From Eledone cirrhosa (lineage: Eukaryota): 64,000 nucleotides of DNA. Made by a program: the position numbers and the translations under genes. This document shows, in pieces, positions 1 to 14,364 of the stretch (positions are counted from its first letter, which is position 1; each line of letters starts with the position of its first letter). The notes beneath the pieces were generated by a model. It did no database searches and was not told where the DNA came from. It saw only the letters and a program-made list of their open reading frames with translations. The stretch covers positions 94,550,001-94,614,000 of the forward strand of contig OZ024745.1 in NCBI GenBank assembly GCA_964016885.1. The letters run 5' to 3'.

Positions 1-139
1 AACGCAATTATGATGGTGTTAGAGATGTTATGTGAAAAGATTTGAGATACGTCACGTAAAATATTTCGAAATGTTTTTATAAAACTTTATAAAATATTTA
101 TATGAAAGTCTTATTGTGAGTTATTGCGAGATGTATATG

Positions 140-650
140 GAACCAGGTATATGTCGGTAGCTAGAAAACAATTTAGACTTTTTGATCAATTGTGAATGAT
201 CATTTGTTAAGATACTAAAGTTCTTGTGTGACAGAGTTGACATTTTTTAGATCTGTTGGTTCGTGGATTGGCTTTTTCAGCCATTGACCAGTTGATCATT
301 TTTTTCACTGAGTTTCACTTTTAACGTTCCAGATATATTGTGCCAATTACGAAGTGTGTTGTGCATATCAACTAGTAAAAGAACTGGTGCTAAGTCTGTT
401 ATAATTTTAATGTAAGTCACAAGACACTTTCCATTTCGGAACTAAGAAGAGGTGGTATTATTAATACCGAAAATAACTTACAACCTGTTAGTGATTCAAG
501 TTATGCTTGTGCTTGTATAATGTTGTATAGTAATGTTTGATCAGCAAGAATTTCGGTGCAATCATAACTAACGTTTTTTTTTATATATATTAAAGGGGTT
601 GTGGTAGTTGAGATACTACTCGTTATAGACCAGATGGATGTCTGCATTTT
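140..650 (-). pseudogene. Degraded Naiad-type PLE GIY-YIG remnant
   Basis: Minus-strand translation gives LAQYIWNVKSE...INWSMAEKANPRTNRSKKCQLC...LIKKSKLFSSYRH, matching the C-terminus of the Naiad ORF at 21494-22012. Confidence 0.65.
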
Positions 651-1072
651 TATACGTAATTCATTAACCAAAATACTATGTGAAAGAACATATTATAAAC
701 ATATATAAGTATTTTACAAGATATATACCATAAATACTGTCACAAAATATCTATAACACTGTCATAATTACGTTTACGTTCAGAAATATAGTTTTTTATT
801 ATTTATATATTTCATACATATTATATTTTCTATTTATTAATTTATTATTTTCTGAATTAATTCTTCCTATTTGTATCTATAAAGTTTTATTTCCATATAT
901 ATATTTAAATGCTATTTTGTGATCATATCTGTAACTTGATATTGATAGGAAGAATTAATTCAGAAAATAATAAATTAATAAATAGAAAATATAAGTAATG
1001 AAAAACTATTTTTCTGAACGTAAATTGCTTATATATGTTTATAATAGCACCACCTGGCAAAATATAAGTCGT

Positions 1073-1143
1073 TGCATCGACCGAGAACCCAACCCGGGTC
1101 GCCCGCGTCGCAGGCGATCATTCTACGACTGAATCATCGATGC
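1073..1143 (-). tRNA. tRNA-Gly-derived pseudogene (anticodon mutated to GCG)
   Basis: GCATCGATGATTCAGTCGTAGAATGATCGCCTGCGACGCGGGCGACCCGGGTTGGGTTCTCGGTCGATGCA aligns with the eukaryotic tRNA-Gly(GCC) consensus; the T-loop/B-box is damaged. Confidence 0.8.
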
Positions 1144-1198
1144 TCTGTGTGCGCGTGCGTGTGCGTGTGCGTATGTGTGTGTGTGTGTGTGTGTGCGC

Positions 1199-1288
<90 letters not shown>

Positions 1289-2005
1289 TCCCGAGATCCA
1301 TGGACGAGTTCTCTCCAGCAGTCTCCCATGTCCTGCGTCTCCAAGCGACATGTGTCTGTCCTCAGGGCATCAACATATGTCAACCTCGGTCTCCCTCTTC
1401 TAGTGTGTCCGTGCAAGGGCTCCCACAGGATCTCTGAGTGCAGTGTCAACTCTGAATGTCGGTGAGCATGTCCAGCTAACCCCAGCCTCCTCTGTGTTAC
1501 TTTCGCGCTGACTTTTGGGAAGCTCCTCTACTGCTCTGAGTTTTTCATCCTCAGTGTGTATTGATTAATGTTCAGAGCCATCCTCAGCATTCTCGTGTAG
1601 CACCCATCCACTATCTGAATGAGTTTCTTGGTCAGTGTCCGAGTCTCAGACCCGTACCGCAGCACATACTCCACTGAAGCAACGAAGAGACGATCTTCAG
1701 GTCTTTACGAAGGTCCGACTTCCAAATCGATCTCAAACTATAGCACGCCGCCCAGGCTTTGCTCTTCCTCTCAACCACATCATTCTCTGTGTTCCCAATC
1801 TTTGCTTCCAGATACAGGAAGTCTTCAACCAATTCTAACAACTTCCCGCCTACATTCATAATCTTCTCTGGCTTCTTAATATTCTCTACCAGACACTTCG
1901 TCTTAATCTCACTCATTCTCAGCCCCACACTCATCGACACAGTCTCCACCTCCTGCATCAACTCCTCTGACTCCTTCACTGTGTTTGTCACCAGAACTAT
2001 GTATT
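1289..2005 (-). mobile_element. 3' fragment of an RTE-like LINE (RT thumb to 3' end)
   Basis: ...VGLRMSEIKTK...VEDFLYL...KAWAACYSLRSIWKS and [20 protein letters not shown]. Confidence 0.8.
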
Positions 2006-2109
2006 TATAAAATTAACTGCATCTCTGAATCTCTCTCTATATATAAATACAACTCTTATCAAGCCCTTTCTGGATGTTGGACTTTGTATTTATTATTACT
2101 GCAACTAAG

Positions 2110-2305
2110 TGCGAGGGGATTGGCAGTATCGGTAGAGCGTCGAACAAAATGCTTTGCGGTATATTGTTACGTCCGATATTAGTTTTACCTATCATCCTTA
2201 CAGAGTCAATAAAATAAAGTACCAGTAATGCACTGGGGTAAATTTAATTGACTATCCCCTTCCATTTAAATTGCAGGCCCTGTGTCAGAAGTAGAAACAA
2301 TTATT
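2110..2305 (+). mobile_element. tRNA-derived SINE (degenerate)
   Basis: A-box-like ttggcagtatcggtagag and the catcctta...aataaagtaccagtaatgcactgg body. Confidence 0.7.
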
Positions 2306-2378
2306 ACGAAAGGAAAGTGGTCACTCTAGCCCTGATATTTGTTTATCCTCCCCTTCTCAGAATTACCGACGGCGCTGT

Positions 2379-2487
<109 letters not shown>

Positions 2488-2774
2488 CGTATGTGTGCGT
2501 ATAAAGGGATGTGAGAGCAAAGAAAAGTACAATACATTATAAGATATATTAGAAGAAAATAAAATGGAATGAAGTAGTTACGTAGCACAGACAAATGACA
2601 GCAGAAGGAAAAATATACGTATAGAATCAACAGTTAAAGGGACAGATTCGGATATTCAAGTAAGACAGAGATGGAATGAAGAGGAGTTTATGGGCATAAC
2701 ATATGTAGGAGCAGCACACTATATAAGGAAATTTAACAGCGGTTTGCAGATTCCTTAATCTGAATACACCTTCA

Positions 2775-2812
<38 letters not shown>

Positions 2813-2814
2813 AG

Positions 2815-3005
2815 GGCGGTGGATTGGCAGTATCGGTAGAGGGTCAGACGCCATGCTTTGACGCATAGAGTTACGGCCCTTGCCATTCTGAGTTCAAATC
2901 CCGCCGAGGTTAACTTTGTCTTTCATCCTTACGGGGTCGATAAAATAAAGTACCAGTAATGCACTGGATAATTGCTGGCCTTGTGCCAATAGTAGAAACA
3001 ATTAT
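2815..3005 (+). mobile_element. tRNA-derived SINE (MetaSINE-like body)
   Basis: A box TGGCAGTATCGG, B box GAGTTCAAATCC, body tttcatccttacggggtcgataaaataaagtacc; many copies in the window. Confidence 0.85.
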
Positions 3006-3136
3006 ATATATGCGCGCGTGTGTGTGTGTGCGTGTCTGCAAAATAGTGTAAAATATATGTACAATGCATATAATGGATTCATTTTGTAACTGCATCGTGT
3101 ATTTGTGTAAAGTCCGTTGTTTTGTATTGGTGTCTA

Positions 3137-3174
<38 letters not shown>

Positions 3175-3202
3175 ATGTATGTATGTGTGTATGTATGTAT
3201 GT

Positions 3203-3782
3203 ATGTATACCAATACAACCTGTCTCATGGTCGGGTCGTTGGCGACTAAACTGGAAACCCCACCAAGGTTTCTTGGTGAGGAGGGTGACTTTGGACATCC
3301 TGCAGGACTAAAAACAAAACCTGTCAAAGGGCAAAGGAGCTCTTAAGAGTCAATGGCCATCCAAAATCACCGGGAGAGATGACCCCTTAGCCTTTGTCAG
3401 GGCAGAATTCTAGGTGAGGGAAAACACTGATATAGCACCTGCAACCCTGAGGTATCCAATGATGTTGATTTGTTCTTCTTTTTGGTAAATATCATCTTGG
3501 TTAAGAGAGTGGGACTGGCTTTGTGCAGTGCCTTTGCTCACTATAAAATCTCCACGGCACAGGCATTGCTTTATATCTGGAGATCTTTATGCACTTGTCA
3601 TCACAGGTTACAATGGGCCCAGCACTATGTGTCAGTAATTGTCACAAGTGTAGTGTTTGTACCAGAGTTTTCAAGTCGCTGGCTGGACTAAAAAGTCACA
3701 CTCGTTCAGCGCATCGGTAGGGGTTCTCCTACATGGATATAAAGTAGTGGCCGTACTCGAAAGCGAGCTGGCAACCACCATG
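3203..3782 (+). mobile_element. Non-autonomous bipartite RTE derivative (5'UTR + 3' end)
   Basis: Its 3' part encodes CSVCTRVFKSLAGLKSHTRS, like the RTE C-terminal finger at ~58100. Flanked by (TATG)n; copies at 8204, 39228 and 45189. Confidence 0.75.
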
Positions 3783-3949
3783 TCTGTCTGTCTGTATGTA
3801 TGTATGTATGTATGTATGTATGTATGTATGTATGTATGTATGTATGTATGTATGTATGTATGTATGTATGTATGTATGTATGTATGTATGTATGTATGTA
3901 TGTATGTATGTATGTATATATGTATGTATTTGTATGTGTGTGTGTGTAT

Positions 3950-4029
<80 letters not shown>

Positions 4030-4121
4030 CTGTATGTAAAAGGTAATTAGCAATAACACAACAAACAACACAGTACATGGAAGAAATATATTACTTTAAC
4101 ACTTGAAATTTCAGAAAAATA

Positions 4122-4159
4122 ATCTTAACTTTTCCGAAACTAGTCCTTCATCAGAAGAT
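4122..4159 (-). ncRNA. Degenerate minimal type-I hammerhead ribozyme
   Basis: ATCTT-CTGATGA-aggactagtttcg-GAAA-ag-TT-AAGAT; duplicate of 8957-8994. Confidence 0.45.
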
Positions 4160-4170
4160 AGAGTTAGAAA

Positions 4171-5022
4171 TCTATATATATATAAAACAGAAGATGTCTG
4201 TCTGTCTGTCTGTGTAACCGCATGCATTTCTACATTTTACAACCGATTTGCACCAAATTTCATAGATTTCTGACGTCCTATTACGCATGGTATGCTATTT
4301 TATTTTTCCGTATATCGATTGTGGGGCGCCCCAGGGGCAGATGACCCCTTAAGCCTCTCGCTTGGAGTCAGCAGTACTACTGCATAAAGGCCCCATTATT
4401 CTTGCAGTTTGCTCCCCATCTTCACCAAAATTAATCTTTTGTTTGTTTATGGCCTACAAATAAATTTAAGGCATGTACTTGCGAAGAAATTCAGGTAGGG
4501 TACCCCTTGGGGAGCAGTAAACCGATTTGATGAATGTTGAAGTTGATATCATCAATGCAACAAAACGTCATAACTGCTTGGGTTGGTGTTTGGTTTTCAC
4601 GAAGCGAGACGTATTGGTTACCCTTGGCTTATAAAGGAAGGTGAACACATGAACTTTTACTTAAACGTATCAAGGGAACCCGGGGGAGGGGGGCAGAAGC
4701 TCTTCGACTTATCTATTGAAGTTCACATTAACAGTGTATCAGTACCTGATAACGTTTTGAACATTGGACACATTGGTTACCCATTGCCTAAAGATGATGT
4801 TGAAGACACTGTCTATACCCGGAACAAACAAGGGGACCCCAGGGGATGGTAAGCCCCGGCGAGTCATTTATTGAATTTGGCTATTGTAGTTGTTATTCAT
4901 GTATTACAGAAGAAGATACAGTGAGGCACATTTACTTTCATTTCACTTCAGCAAGAGGACACCCTCGGGGACAATGGGCCAATTCATTAACCTATAAAAG
5001 TTCAAGCCGCCTCAATAAAAAA
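4171..5022 (+). mobile_element. Duplicated Helitron 5' end
   Basis: A^TCTATATATATATAAAA...(GTCT)n start; paralogous to 9006-9812. Confidence 0.75.
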
Positions 5023-5167
5023 AATGTAAACATAATTATGATGGCGTTAGAGATGTTATGTGAAAAGATTTGAGATACGTCACGTAAAATATTTCGAAAT
5101 GTTAATATAAAACTTTAGAAAATATTTATATGAAAGTCTTATTGTGAGTTTTTGCGAGATGTATATG

Positions 5168-5680
5168 GAACCAGGTATATGTCGGTAGCTAGAAAACAAT
5201 TTAGACTTTTTGATCAATTGTGAATGATCATTTGTTAAGATACTAAAGTTCTTGTGTGACAGAGTTGACATTTTTTAGATCTGTTGGTTCGTGGACTGGC
5301 TTTTTCAGCCATTGACCAGTTGATCATTTTTTTCACTGAGTTTCACTTTTAACGTTCCAGATATATTGTGCCAATTACGAAGTGTGTTGTGCATATCAAC
5401 TAGTAAAAGAACTGGTGCTAAGTCTGTTATAATTTTAATGTAAGTCACAAGACACTTTCCATTTCGGAACTAAGAAGAGGTGGTATTATTAATACCGAAA
5501 ATAACTTACAACCTGTTAGTGATTCAAGTTATGCTTGTGCTTGTATAATGTTGTATAGTAATGTTTGATCAGCAAGAATTTCGGTGCAATCATAACTAAC
5601 GTTTTTTTTTATATATATTAAAGGGGTTGTGGTAGTTGAGATACTACTCGTTATAGACCAGATGGATGTCTGCATTTTTA
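5168..5680 (-). pseudogene. Degraded Naiad-type PLE GIY-YIG remnant (copy 2)
   Basis: Duplicate of 140-650; ORF 5080..5271 contains LIKKSKLFSSYRH. Confidence 0.65.
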
Positions 5681-6092
5681 TACGTAATTCATTAACCAAA
5701 ATACTATGTGAAAGAACATATTATAAACATATATAAGTATTTTACAAGATATATACCATAAATACTGTCACAAAATATCTATAACACTGTCATAATTACG
5801 TTTACGTTCAGAAATATAGTTTTTCATTATTTATATATTTCATACATATTATATTTTCTATTTATTAATTTATTATTTTCTGAATTAATTCTTCCTATTT
5901 GTATCTATAAAGTTTTATTTCCATATATATATTTAAATGCTATTTTGTGATCATATCTGTAACTTGATATTCATAGGAAGAATTAATTCAGAAAATAATA
6001 AATTAATAAATAGAAATATGAAAAACTATTTTTCTGAACGTAAAATGCTTATATATGTTTATAATAGCACCACCTGGCAAAATATAAGTCGT

Positions 6093-6162
6093 TGCATCGA
6101 CCGGGAACCCAACCCGGGTCGCCCGCGTGGCAGGCGATCATTCTACGACTGAATCATCGATG

Positions 6163-6163
<1 letters not shown>
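6093..6163 (-). tRNA. tRNA-Gly(GCC), probable pseudogene
   Basis: 71-nt cloverleaf with a CTGCCAC anticodon loop and paired GCATCGA/TCGATGC acceptor stem; T-loop reads GTTGGGTT instead of GTTCGATT. Confidence 0.8.
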
Positions 6164-6251
<88 letters not shown>

Positions 6252-6252
6252 C

Positions 6253-6299
<47 letters not shown>

Positions 6300-6306
6300 T
6301 ATATAT

Positions 6307-7025
6307 TCCCGAGATCCATGGACGAGTTCTCTCCAGCAGTCTCCCATGTCCTGCGTCTCCAAGCGACATGTGTCTGTCCTCAGGGCATCAACATATGTCA
6401 ACCTCGGTCTCCCTCTTCTAGTGTGTCCGTGCAGGGGCTCCCACAGGATCTCTGAGTGCAGTGTCAACTCTGAATGTTGGTGAGCATGTCCAGCTAACCC
6501 CAGCCTCCTCTGTGTTACTTTCGCACTGAATTTTGGGAAGCTCCTCTACTGCTCTGAGTTTTTCATCCTCAGTGTATATTGATTAATGTTCAGAGCCATC
6601 CTCAGCATTCTCGTGTAGCAGCCATCCATTATCTGAATGAGTTTCTTGGTCAGTGTCCGAGTCTCAGACCCGTACCGCAGCACATACTCCACTGAAGCAA
6701 CGAAGAGACGATCTTCAGGTCTTTACGAAGGTCCGACTTCCAAATCGATCTCAAACTATAGCACGCCGCCCAGGCTTTGCTCTTCCTCTCAACCACATCA
6801 TTCTCTGTGTTCCCAATCTTTGCTCCCAGATACAGGAAGTCTTCAACCAATTCTAGCAACTTCCCGCCTACATTCATAATCTTCTCTGGCTTCTTAATAT
6901 TCTCTACCAGACACTTCGTCTTAATCTCACTCATTCTCAGCCCCACACTCATCGACACAGTCTCCACCTCCTGCATCAACTCCTCTGACTCCTTCACTGT
7001 GTTTGTCACCAGAACTATGTATTTA
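6307..7025 (-). mobile_element. 3' fragment of an RTE-like LINE (copy 2)
   Basis: ORFs 6650..7009 (DFLYLG) and 6138..6467 (RGRP). Confidence 0.8.
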
Positions 7026-7392
7026 TAAAATTAACTGCATCTCTGAATCTCTCTCTATTTATAAATACAACTCTTATCAAGCCCTTTCTGGATTTTGGAC
7101 TTTGTATTTATTATTACTGCAACTAAGTGCGGGGGCATTGGCAGTATCGGTAGAGCGTCGAACAAAATGCTTTGCGGTATATTGTTACGTCCGATATTAG
7201 TTTTACCTATCATCCTTACAGAGTCAATAAAATAAAGTACCAGTAATGCACTGGGGTAAATTTAATTGACTATCCCCTTCTATTTAAATTGCAGGCCCTG
7301 TGTCAGAAGTAGAAACAATTATTACGAAAGGAAAGTGGTCACTCTAGCCCTGATATTTGTTTATCCTCCCCTCCTCAGAATTACCGACGGCG

Positions 7393-7487
<95 letters not shown>

Positions 7488-7774
7488 CGTATGTGTGTGT
7501 ATAAAGGGATGTGAGAGCAAAGAAAAGTACAATACATTATAAGATATATTAGAAAAAAATAAAATGGAATGAAGTAGTTACGTAGCACAGACAAATGACA
7601 GCAGAAGGAAAAATATACGTATAGAATCAACAGTTAAAGGGACAGATTCGGATATTCAAGTAAGACAGAGATGGAATGAAGAGGAGTTTATGGGCATAAC
7701 ATATGTAGGAGCAGCACACTATATAAGGAAATTTAACAGCGGTTTGCAGATTCCTTAATCTGAATACACCTTCA

Positions 7775-7812
<38 letters not shown>

Positions 7813-7814
7813 AG

Positions 7815-8002
7815 GGCGGTGGATTGGCAGTATCGGTAGAGGGTCAGACGCCATGCTTTGACGCATAGAGTTACGGCTCTTGCCATTCTGAGTTCAAATC
7901 CCGCCGAGATTAACTTTGTCTTTCATCCTTACGGGGTCGATAAAATAAAGTACCAGTAATGCACTGGATAATTGCTGGCCTTGTGCCAATAGTAGAAACA
8001 AT

Positions 8003-8005
<3 letters not shown>
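7815..8005 (+). mobile_element. tRNA-derived SINE
   Basis: Duplicate of 2815-3005. Confidence 0.85.
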
Positions 8006-8044
<39 letters not shown>

Positions 8045-8157
8045 CGTGCGTGTCTGTAAAATAGTGTAAAATATATGTACAATGCATATAATGGATTCAT
8101 TTTGTAACTGCAGTGTGTATTTGTGTAAAGTCCGTTGTTTTGTATTGGTGTCTAGTG

Positions 8158-8196
<39 letters not shown>

Positions 8197-8203
8197 ATGT
8201 ATG

Positions 8204-8777
8204 TATGTATACCAATACAACCTGTCTCATAGTCGGGTCGTTGGCGACTAAACTGGCAACCCCACCAAGGTTTCTTGGTGAGGAGGGTGACTTTGGACAT
8301 CCTGCAGGACTAAAAACAAAACCTGTCAAAGGGAAAAGGAGCTCTTAAGAGTCAATGGCCATCTAAAATCACCGGGAGAGATGACCCCTTAGCCTTTGCC
8401 AAAATTCTAGGAGAGGGAAAACACTGATATAGCACCTGCAACCCTGAGGTATCCAATGATGTTGATTTTCTTCTTTTTGGTAAATATCATCTTGGTTAAG
8501 AGAGTAGGACTGGCTTTGTGCAGTGCCTTTGCTCACTATAAAATCTTCACGGCACAGGCATTGCTTTATATCTGGAGATCTTTATGCACTTGTCATCACA
8601 GGTTACAATGGGCCCAGCACTATGTGTCAGTAATTGTCACAAGTGTAGTGTTTGTACCAGAGTTTTCAAGTCGCTGGCTGGACTAAAAAGTCACACTCGT
8701 TCAGCGCATCAGTAGGGGTTCTCCTACATGGATATAAAGTAGTGGCCGTACTCGAAAACGAGTTGGCAGCTACCATG
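8204..8777 (+). mobile_element. Non-autonomous bipartite RTE derivative
   Basis: Duplicate of 3203-3782; (TATG)n tail. Confidence 0.75.
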
Positions 8778-8956
8778 TATGTATGTATGTATGTATGTAT
8801 GTATGTGTGTGTGTATGTATGTATGTATGTGTGTATGTGTGTGTGTATGTGTGTGTGTGTATATGTGTATGTAAAAGGTAAGTAGCAATAACACAACAAA
8901 CAACACAGTACATGGAAGAAATATATTACTTTAACACTTGAAATTTCAGCAAAATA

Positions 8957-8994
8957 ATCTTGACGTTTCCGAAACTAATCCTTCATCAGAAGAT
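8957..8994 (-). ncRNA. Minimal type-I hammerhead ribozyme
   Basis: ATCTT-CTGATGA-aggattagtttcg-GAAA-CG-TC-AAGAT: stem I ATCTT/AAGAT, palindromic ACGT stem III, GUC site; stem II is weak. Confidence 0.6.
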
Positions 8995-10791
8995 AGAGTT
9001 AGAAATCTATATATATAAAACAGAAGATGTCTGTCTGTCTGTCTGTGTAACCGCATGCATTTCTACATTTTACAACCGATTTGTACCAAATTTCATACAT
9101 AGATATCTGACGTCCTCTCGCTTGGAGTCAGCAGTACTACTGCATAAAGGCCCCATTATTCTTGCAGTTTGACACCCCATCTTCACCAAAATTAATCTTT
9201 TGTTTGCTTATGGCCTACAAATAAATTTTCAGGTATGCACTTGCGCAGAAATTCAGGTAGGGGATCCCTTGGGGAGCAGTAAACCGATTTGATGAATGTT
9301 GAAGTTGATATCATCAATGCAACAAAACGTAATAACTGCTTGAGTTGGTGTTTGGTTTTCACAAAGCGAGACGTATTGGTTACCTATAGCTTATAAAGGA
9401 AGGTGAACACATGAACTTTTACTTGAACTTATCAAGGGAACCCGGGGGGGGGGGGGGGGGGCAGAAGCCCCTTCGACTTATTTATTGAAATTCACATTAA
9501 CACTCTATCAGTACCTGATAACGTTTGAAGTTTATGTTAGATTTTAACTTTACCGGACACATTGGTTACCCATTGCCTAAAGATGATGCTGAAGACACTG
9601 TCTATACCCGGAACAAGCAAGCGGACCCCCCAGGGGACAGTAAGCCCCGGCGAGTCATTTATTGAATTTGGCTATTGTAGTTGTTATTCATGTATTACAG
9701 AAGAAGATTCAGTGAGGCACATTTACTTTCATTTCACTTCAGCAAGAGGACACCCTCGGGGACAATGAGCCAATTCATTAACCTATACAAGTTCAAGCCG
9801 CCACAATAAAAAAAGCACCATAACCTCGAGAGTTTATACTTGATTCTTACAAAAACTAAACGAAATGGTTATTGCCTGCCATAAGATAAAGCACCACACA
9901 TTCGTTATCACTTGAATTTTGCAATAGAATCCCCTAGGGAGGAGAGTGAGCCCCTTTGGACCACTTTTAAAGTTCATATTATGGCCGCAGCAAAGCATTT
10001 CAACTTGTGGAAATAAAGGTCAATTTAAACGAAATTTGACGCATCGGTTACTCATGTCCTACAAATGGAGTAGCGAATTTTTAAATCCTCCTGACTTAAC
10101 TTTAGTTTAACTTTAGGATGATTGAATTTAATTTTGCACCCGGTTGTCTCCCCCGTGTAATTGCACCACAATTAAGTGCGGAATGGGGAGTTAAATTCTT
10201 TTCCTTGAACTTTGGCGTCATTTCTCACTCCTAACCAAGATAGCGCGATTTAACCCAGGTGTAAATTTTAACGCCTACTGTATGTGCAATTTCACACCCA
10301 TGCCTAAAATGCGCGAATGATTGATTAGTTTTTGCACCCGGTTGTCTCTCCCGTTTATTTGCACCTCAATTAAGTGCGAAATGGTGACCTATCGCCAACC
10401 ACACATCAGTGAGTTGTGTTCAGTAGATTTCATCACACTTATTTGTAGTATCTAACCAATCAGACAACTCGAGTGTTGTTCATTGAGCGAAATCACTCCT
10501 AATTATATCGGTCAAGTCCGACCTAGGATCACACTTCTTTTTTGGTTTTTGACAAGTGGTAAGTTTTTTTACATGCGTACTCTCATAAGCTACCCCATCT
10601 TTCCGCTGCATTGCCCCTAACTTAAAACCTGAAATTTGACTGGTACACAAAATCTTGCAAAACATACCCACTTTCTCAGACCACATAGATTTATCACATT
10701 TTTTCACAATTTATATCCGTGTTTAGATTTGCTTACTTAAACGTTATTTGTCCACTATTTATCGTTCTCCCTGGTTAATTTTCTAAAAACA

Positions 10792-13700
10792 ATGCCCCTC
10801 CCAAGAAAAGAACTTTCATTGGTCGATTATATAATGATGCAAGTAAGTCTAAGCGAAGGCGTCTCATCGAAGATGTAAATGCGACTGGATCAAGCTCTCA
10901 CAGAATGCTGTGCAGACGGCAGCTGCAAGAGCGGAGGAGGATGACAGTCAGCGTTAACTTCGACGGAACAAAGATACTGCCGCGACTGCTGCTGCTCGCG
11001 CTCGAGAGGATGAAGGACGACGTGCCGTTCGACGAAGCAGGGACACCGCTGCAACATTCGCTGCTCGCGCTCGAGAGGATGAAGGACGACGCACCGTTCG
11101 ACGAAGCAGGGACGCCACTGCAGCAGCCCCTGCCCGCGCTCGAGAGGATGAAGGACGACGCGCCGTTCGACGAAGCAGGGACGCCGCTGCAACATTCGCT
11201 GCTCGCGCTCAAGAGGATGAAGGACGACGCGCCGTTCGACGAAGCAGGGACGCAGCTGCAACATTCGCTGCTCGCGCTCGAGAGGATGAAGAACGACGCG
11301 CCGTTCGACGAAGCAGAGACGCCGCTGTTACTGCTGCTGCACGAAATACTGAAACTATAGAGCAACGACGTGGCCGACGTCTGTAAAGTGAACAGCGGCG
11401 ATCATCGTTACGTGGTATTTCTAGGACTTGCAATTCACGATGGTTGTTGAAGGCCTTTAACTACGACACCTCCTATGATTACGCCGTCCATGCAGATATT
11501 CAAATTGGGGAAATGATCCCTACTTGTCAGTTTTGTCGTACGAAATATTGGCCAGGGGAGAGAGACGGAATGTGCCGTTGAAACGATAAAGTTAGACTAC
11601 CTCCTATTCACGACCCTCCAGAGACATTGCAACTCCTTTTGACCTCACACGACGGAGGAATCATCGAAATTTCTGCATAATATGCGCCGCTACAATTCCG
11701 CGTTTCAGATGACATCCTTCGGAGCAAAGCTTGCTTCGGAACGTGGGTTCATGCCAACTTTCAAGGTCCAGGGGAAGATCTACCACTTGATTGGGTCTAT
11801 TCAGCCTCTGGCAGAAAAGGATCCCCATCATTAAATAACTTGCCGTTCATCTTGAAAACGGTCAACGGGTGTATTTCAACGATGCAACAGCTGCTCAGCT
11901 AGGAATCTCATCAAAAGAAACTACACTCACCGCTTTTTTTCAAACTTTGTCAACATGTCGACTTCGCACGAACTCTGCTGTATTCTGAAATACCGTCTTG
12001 CTATACATGGAACCAGATAAAATGACTACGAAGGAAGGTAGGGCAAGAGGTTGTTGGAAATCCAGGCATCAAATTAGACAATTGCCTTGGGCGAGTTTAT
12101 ACGGTCGACTCTATGCAACACGAATGCTTCTACCTGCGACTTCTCCTTCATGAGGTAAGAGGGCCGACAAGCTTCACTCATCTGAGAACCGTCGATGGAT
12201 ACGCCTGTGGAACGTACAGGGAAGCCTGCTTGAGGCGTGGACTTTTAAAAGATGACGCACAATGGGATGCAACCTTGATGGAAGCTGCCATCTCACAATC
12301 ATCCCATAGTCTAAGGGCACCTTTTGCTATCTTCTTGCACGTCTGTGAATTGAGCTATCCTTACTCTTTATGGCAAAAGTTTAAAGATGATTTCGCAGAC
12401 GAATATAGGCGACTCGCTCAATTGCAATTTCCAAACTTAGATATCGGCTTTTCAGACGCTATATATAACAAAGCTCTGATCGATATTGAAGACAGAGTGG
12501 CTTTAATGGGCGGAGATATCTTGGAGAAATATGAGCTTCCGCAAACACTTCGAGATGCGCCATCTAACATTCCCAACGACATTATACGTGAAACGTCATA
12601 TGATGTCGACGAACTCAAAAGGTATGTTGAAGGAAATGAACCAAAACTTCTAATGGATCGTAAACAAGCTTACAACATTGTCGTTGATTCCATCCGTAAT
12701 CTGGTAGGGGGTATATTCTTCCTGAACGCACCTGGAGGCACGGGCAAAACACTTGTAATCAAACTTTTACTCGCTGCAGTGAGGCAACACGGAAACATCG
12801 CATTGGCCGTGGCTTCTTCCGGTGTTGCAACAACTTTGCTGCCTGGTGGCAGGACAGTTCATTCTGCCTTCAGTCTTCCTCTCAACGTGGCATCATCTGA
12901 AACACCCACATGCAGCATCAGCAAGTCTTCCGGAAAAGTACTGGTGTTAAAGCGCTGCCTACTAATTGTTTGGGACGAATGCACAAGGCGGCTTTCGAGG
13001 CTTTAGACCGGTCACACAGAGACATCAGGGAATGTCAAGAACCAATGGGAGGTGTCACTTTCCTGTTATCTGGGGACTTCCGACAGACTCTGCCTCCTAA
13101 TCCCAAAAGCTACGCGGCTGATGAGGTTGGTGCATGCATTTAGGCCTCCCCACTTTGGCGTTATGTAAGAAAGCTGACGCTTACAACAAACACGAGAGCA
13201 CAACTGCAAGGTGATGAGACATCAGCGGGTTTTGCTGCTGCTATTTTGTCGTTGGGAGATGGCAAAGTCCCACTCGACGGAGATGGTGCAGCGGACCTCA
13301 CATTTGCAGATGCGTTAAGTCAATTGCTGAATTACAGACGTCTGTTTTTCCTAATCTTGAGAACTACACAAATCAAGAGTGGTTGTGTGAACGCACAATA
13401 TTGGCTTCGATAAACCCACATAGTTGGAAACATCAATGAACAGCTCATGCTGTGCTTGCCTGGAAACCTGCATGTCTACAAGTCCCGTGACTCTATGGCT
13501 GATCCGGACGAAGTTGTTAATTACCCCACAGAACTGTTTAACTCCCTAGACCCTCCCGGATTGCCACCGCACTTACTGCGACTTAAGAAAGGTGCCCCTG
13601 TCATGCTCCTCAGGAATTTGGAACCCCGAAGGCTCTCCAACGGCACGTGCCTTGTTGTCCAAAAGGCGATGCCTCATGTTATTGAGGCAACAATACTTAC

Positions 13701-13990
13701 AGGGTGTCGTAAGGGGGATACTGTCTTCACACCAAGGATACCTCTCATTCCATCAGGTAAAGACATTCCTTTCACATTCAGAAGGCTGAAATTCCCTCTC
13801 CAGCTCAGTTTCGCCATGTCGATTAACAAATCACAGGGTCAGACTCTGATGGTCGTAGGGCTTATTTAGAAGAACCGTGCTTCTCCCATGGTCAAGTATA
13901 TGTTGGCTGCTCTCGAGTGGGGAGCCGACATAACCTATTTGCTTTTGGAACTCACGAGAAAATCCAAAATAAAGTCTATAAGGAAGTTTT
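10792..13990 (+). pseudogene. Helitron RepHel pseudogene (N-terminal repeats, deleted Rep core, PIF1-like helicase)
   Basis: ORF fragments 12113..13006, 12910..13143, 13447..13869; upstream FKVQGKIYHLIGS and LAVHLENGQRVYF; many stops and frameshifts. Confidence 0.88.
10960..11340 (+). repeat. 60-bp coding tandem repeat (~6 units) in the RepHel N-terminus
   Basis: gccgttcgacgaagcagggac recurs every 60 bp; the likely true frame reads RAVRRSRDTAATFAARAREDEG. Confidence 0.85.
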
Positions 13991-14364
13991 GTAGGCACCC
14001 CATCCGCCAACAAGTAATCGCTGTTTTTTTTTGTATAAGTGTTTACATTATCCTGTATCCGTGTGCTATTTTTGTCCTTTTGACAATAACACGTACGCCT
14101 CTGAGGTTGCTTTTGCTATAAATTATAATTGTTCAATGTCTCAGTTTTCCGTATTTATATGTTGCTATAACGCTTTGCTATCGATGTTCCGTAGTTTTAA
14201 CCTAATTAATCTACTTTTCCCTACATCTTATTTACACATTTTTTTGACATTCCAGCGTGATCTTGCCAAGGCCGTTTTTGTGGCCACCGACTGTTACATG
14301 CCTTTCTAGGTTACAATCTCAAATAAGAAGCAAAACAAATACAACACGCCAAAGTGGTGTGAAG

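Noticed and set aside
10905-11360. 151-aa repetitive ORF and its antisense partners
   Set aside because: Off-frame readings of the Helitron 60-bp repeat; the likely true frame is the R/A/E-rich RepHel N-terminus.
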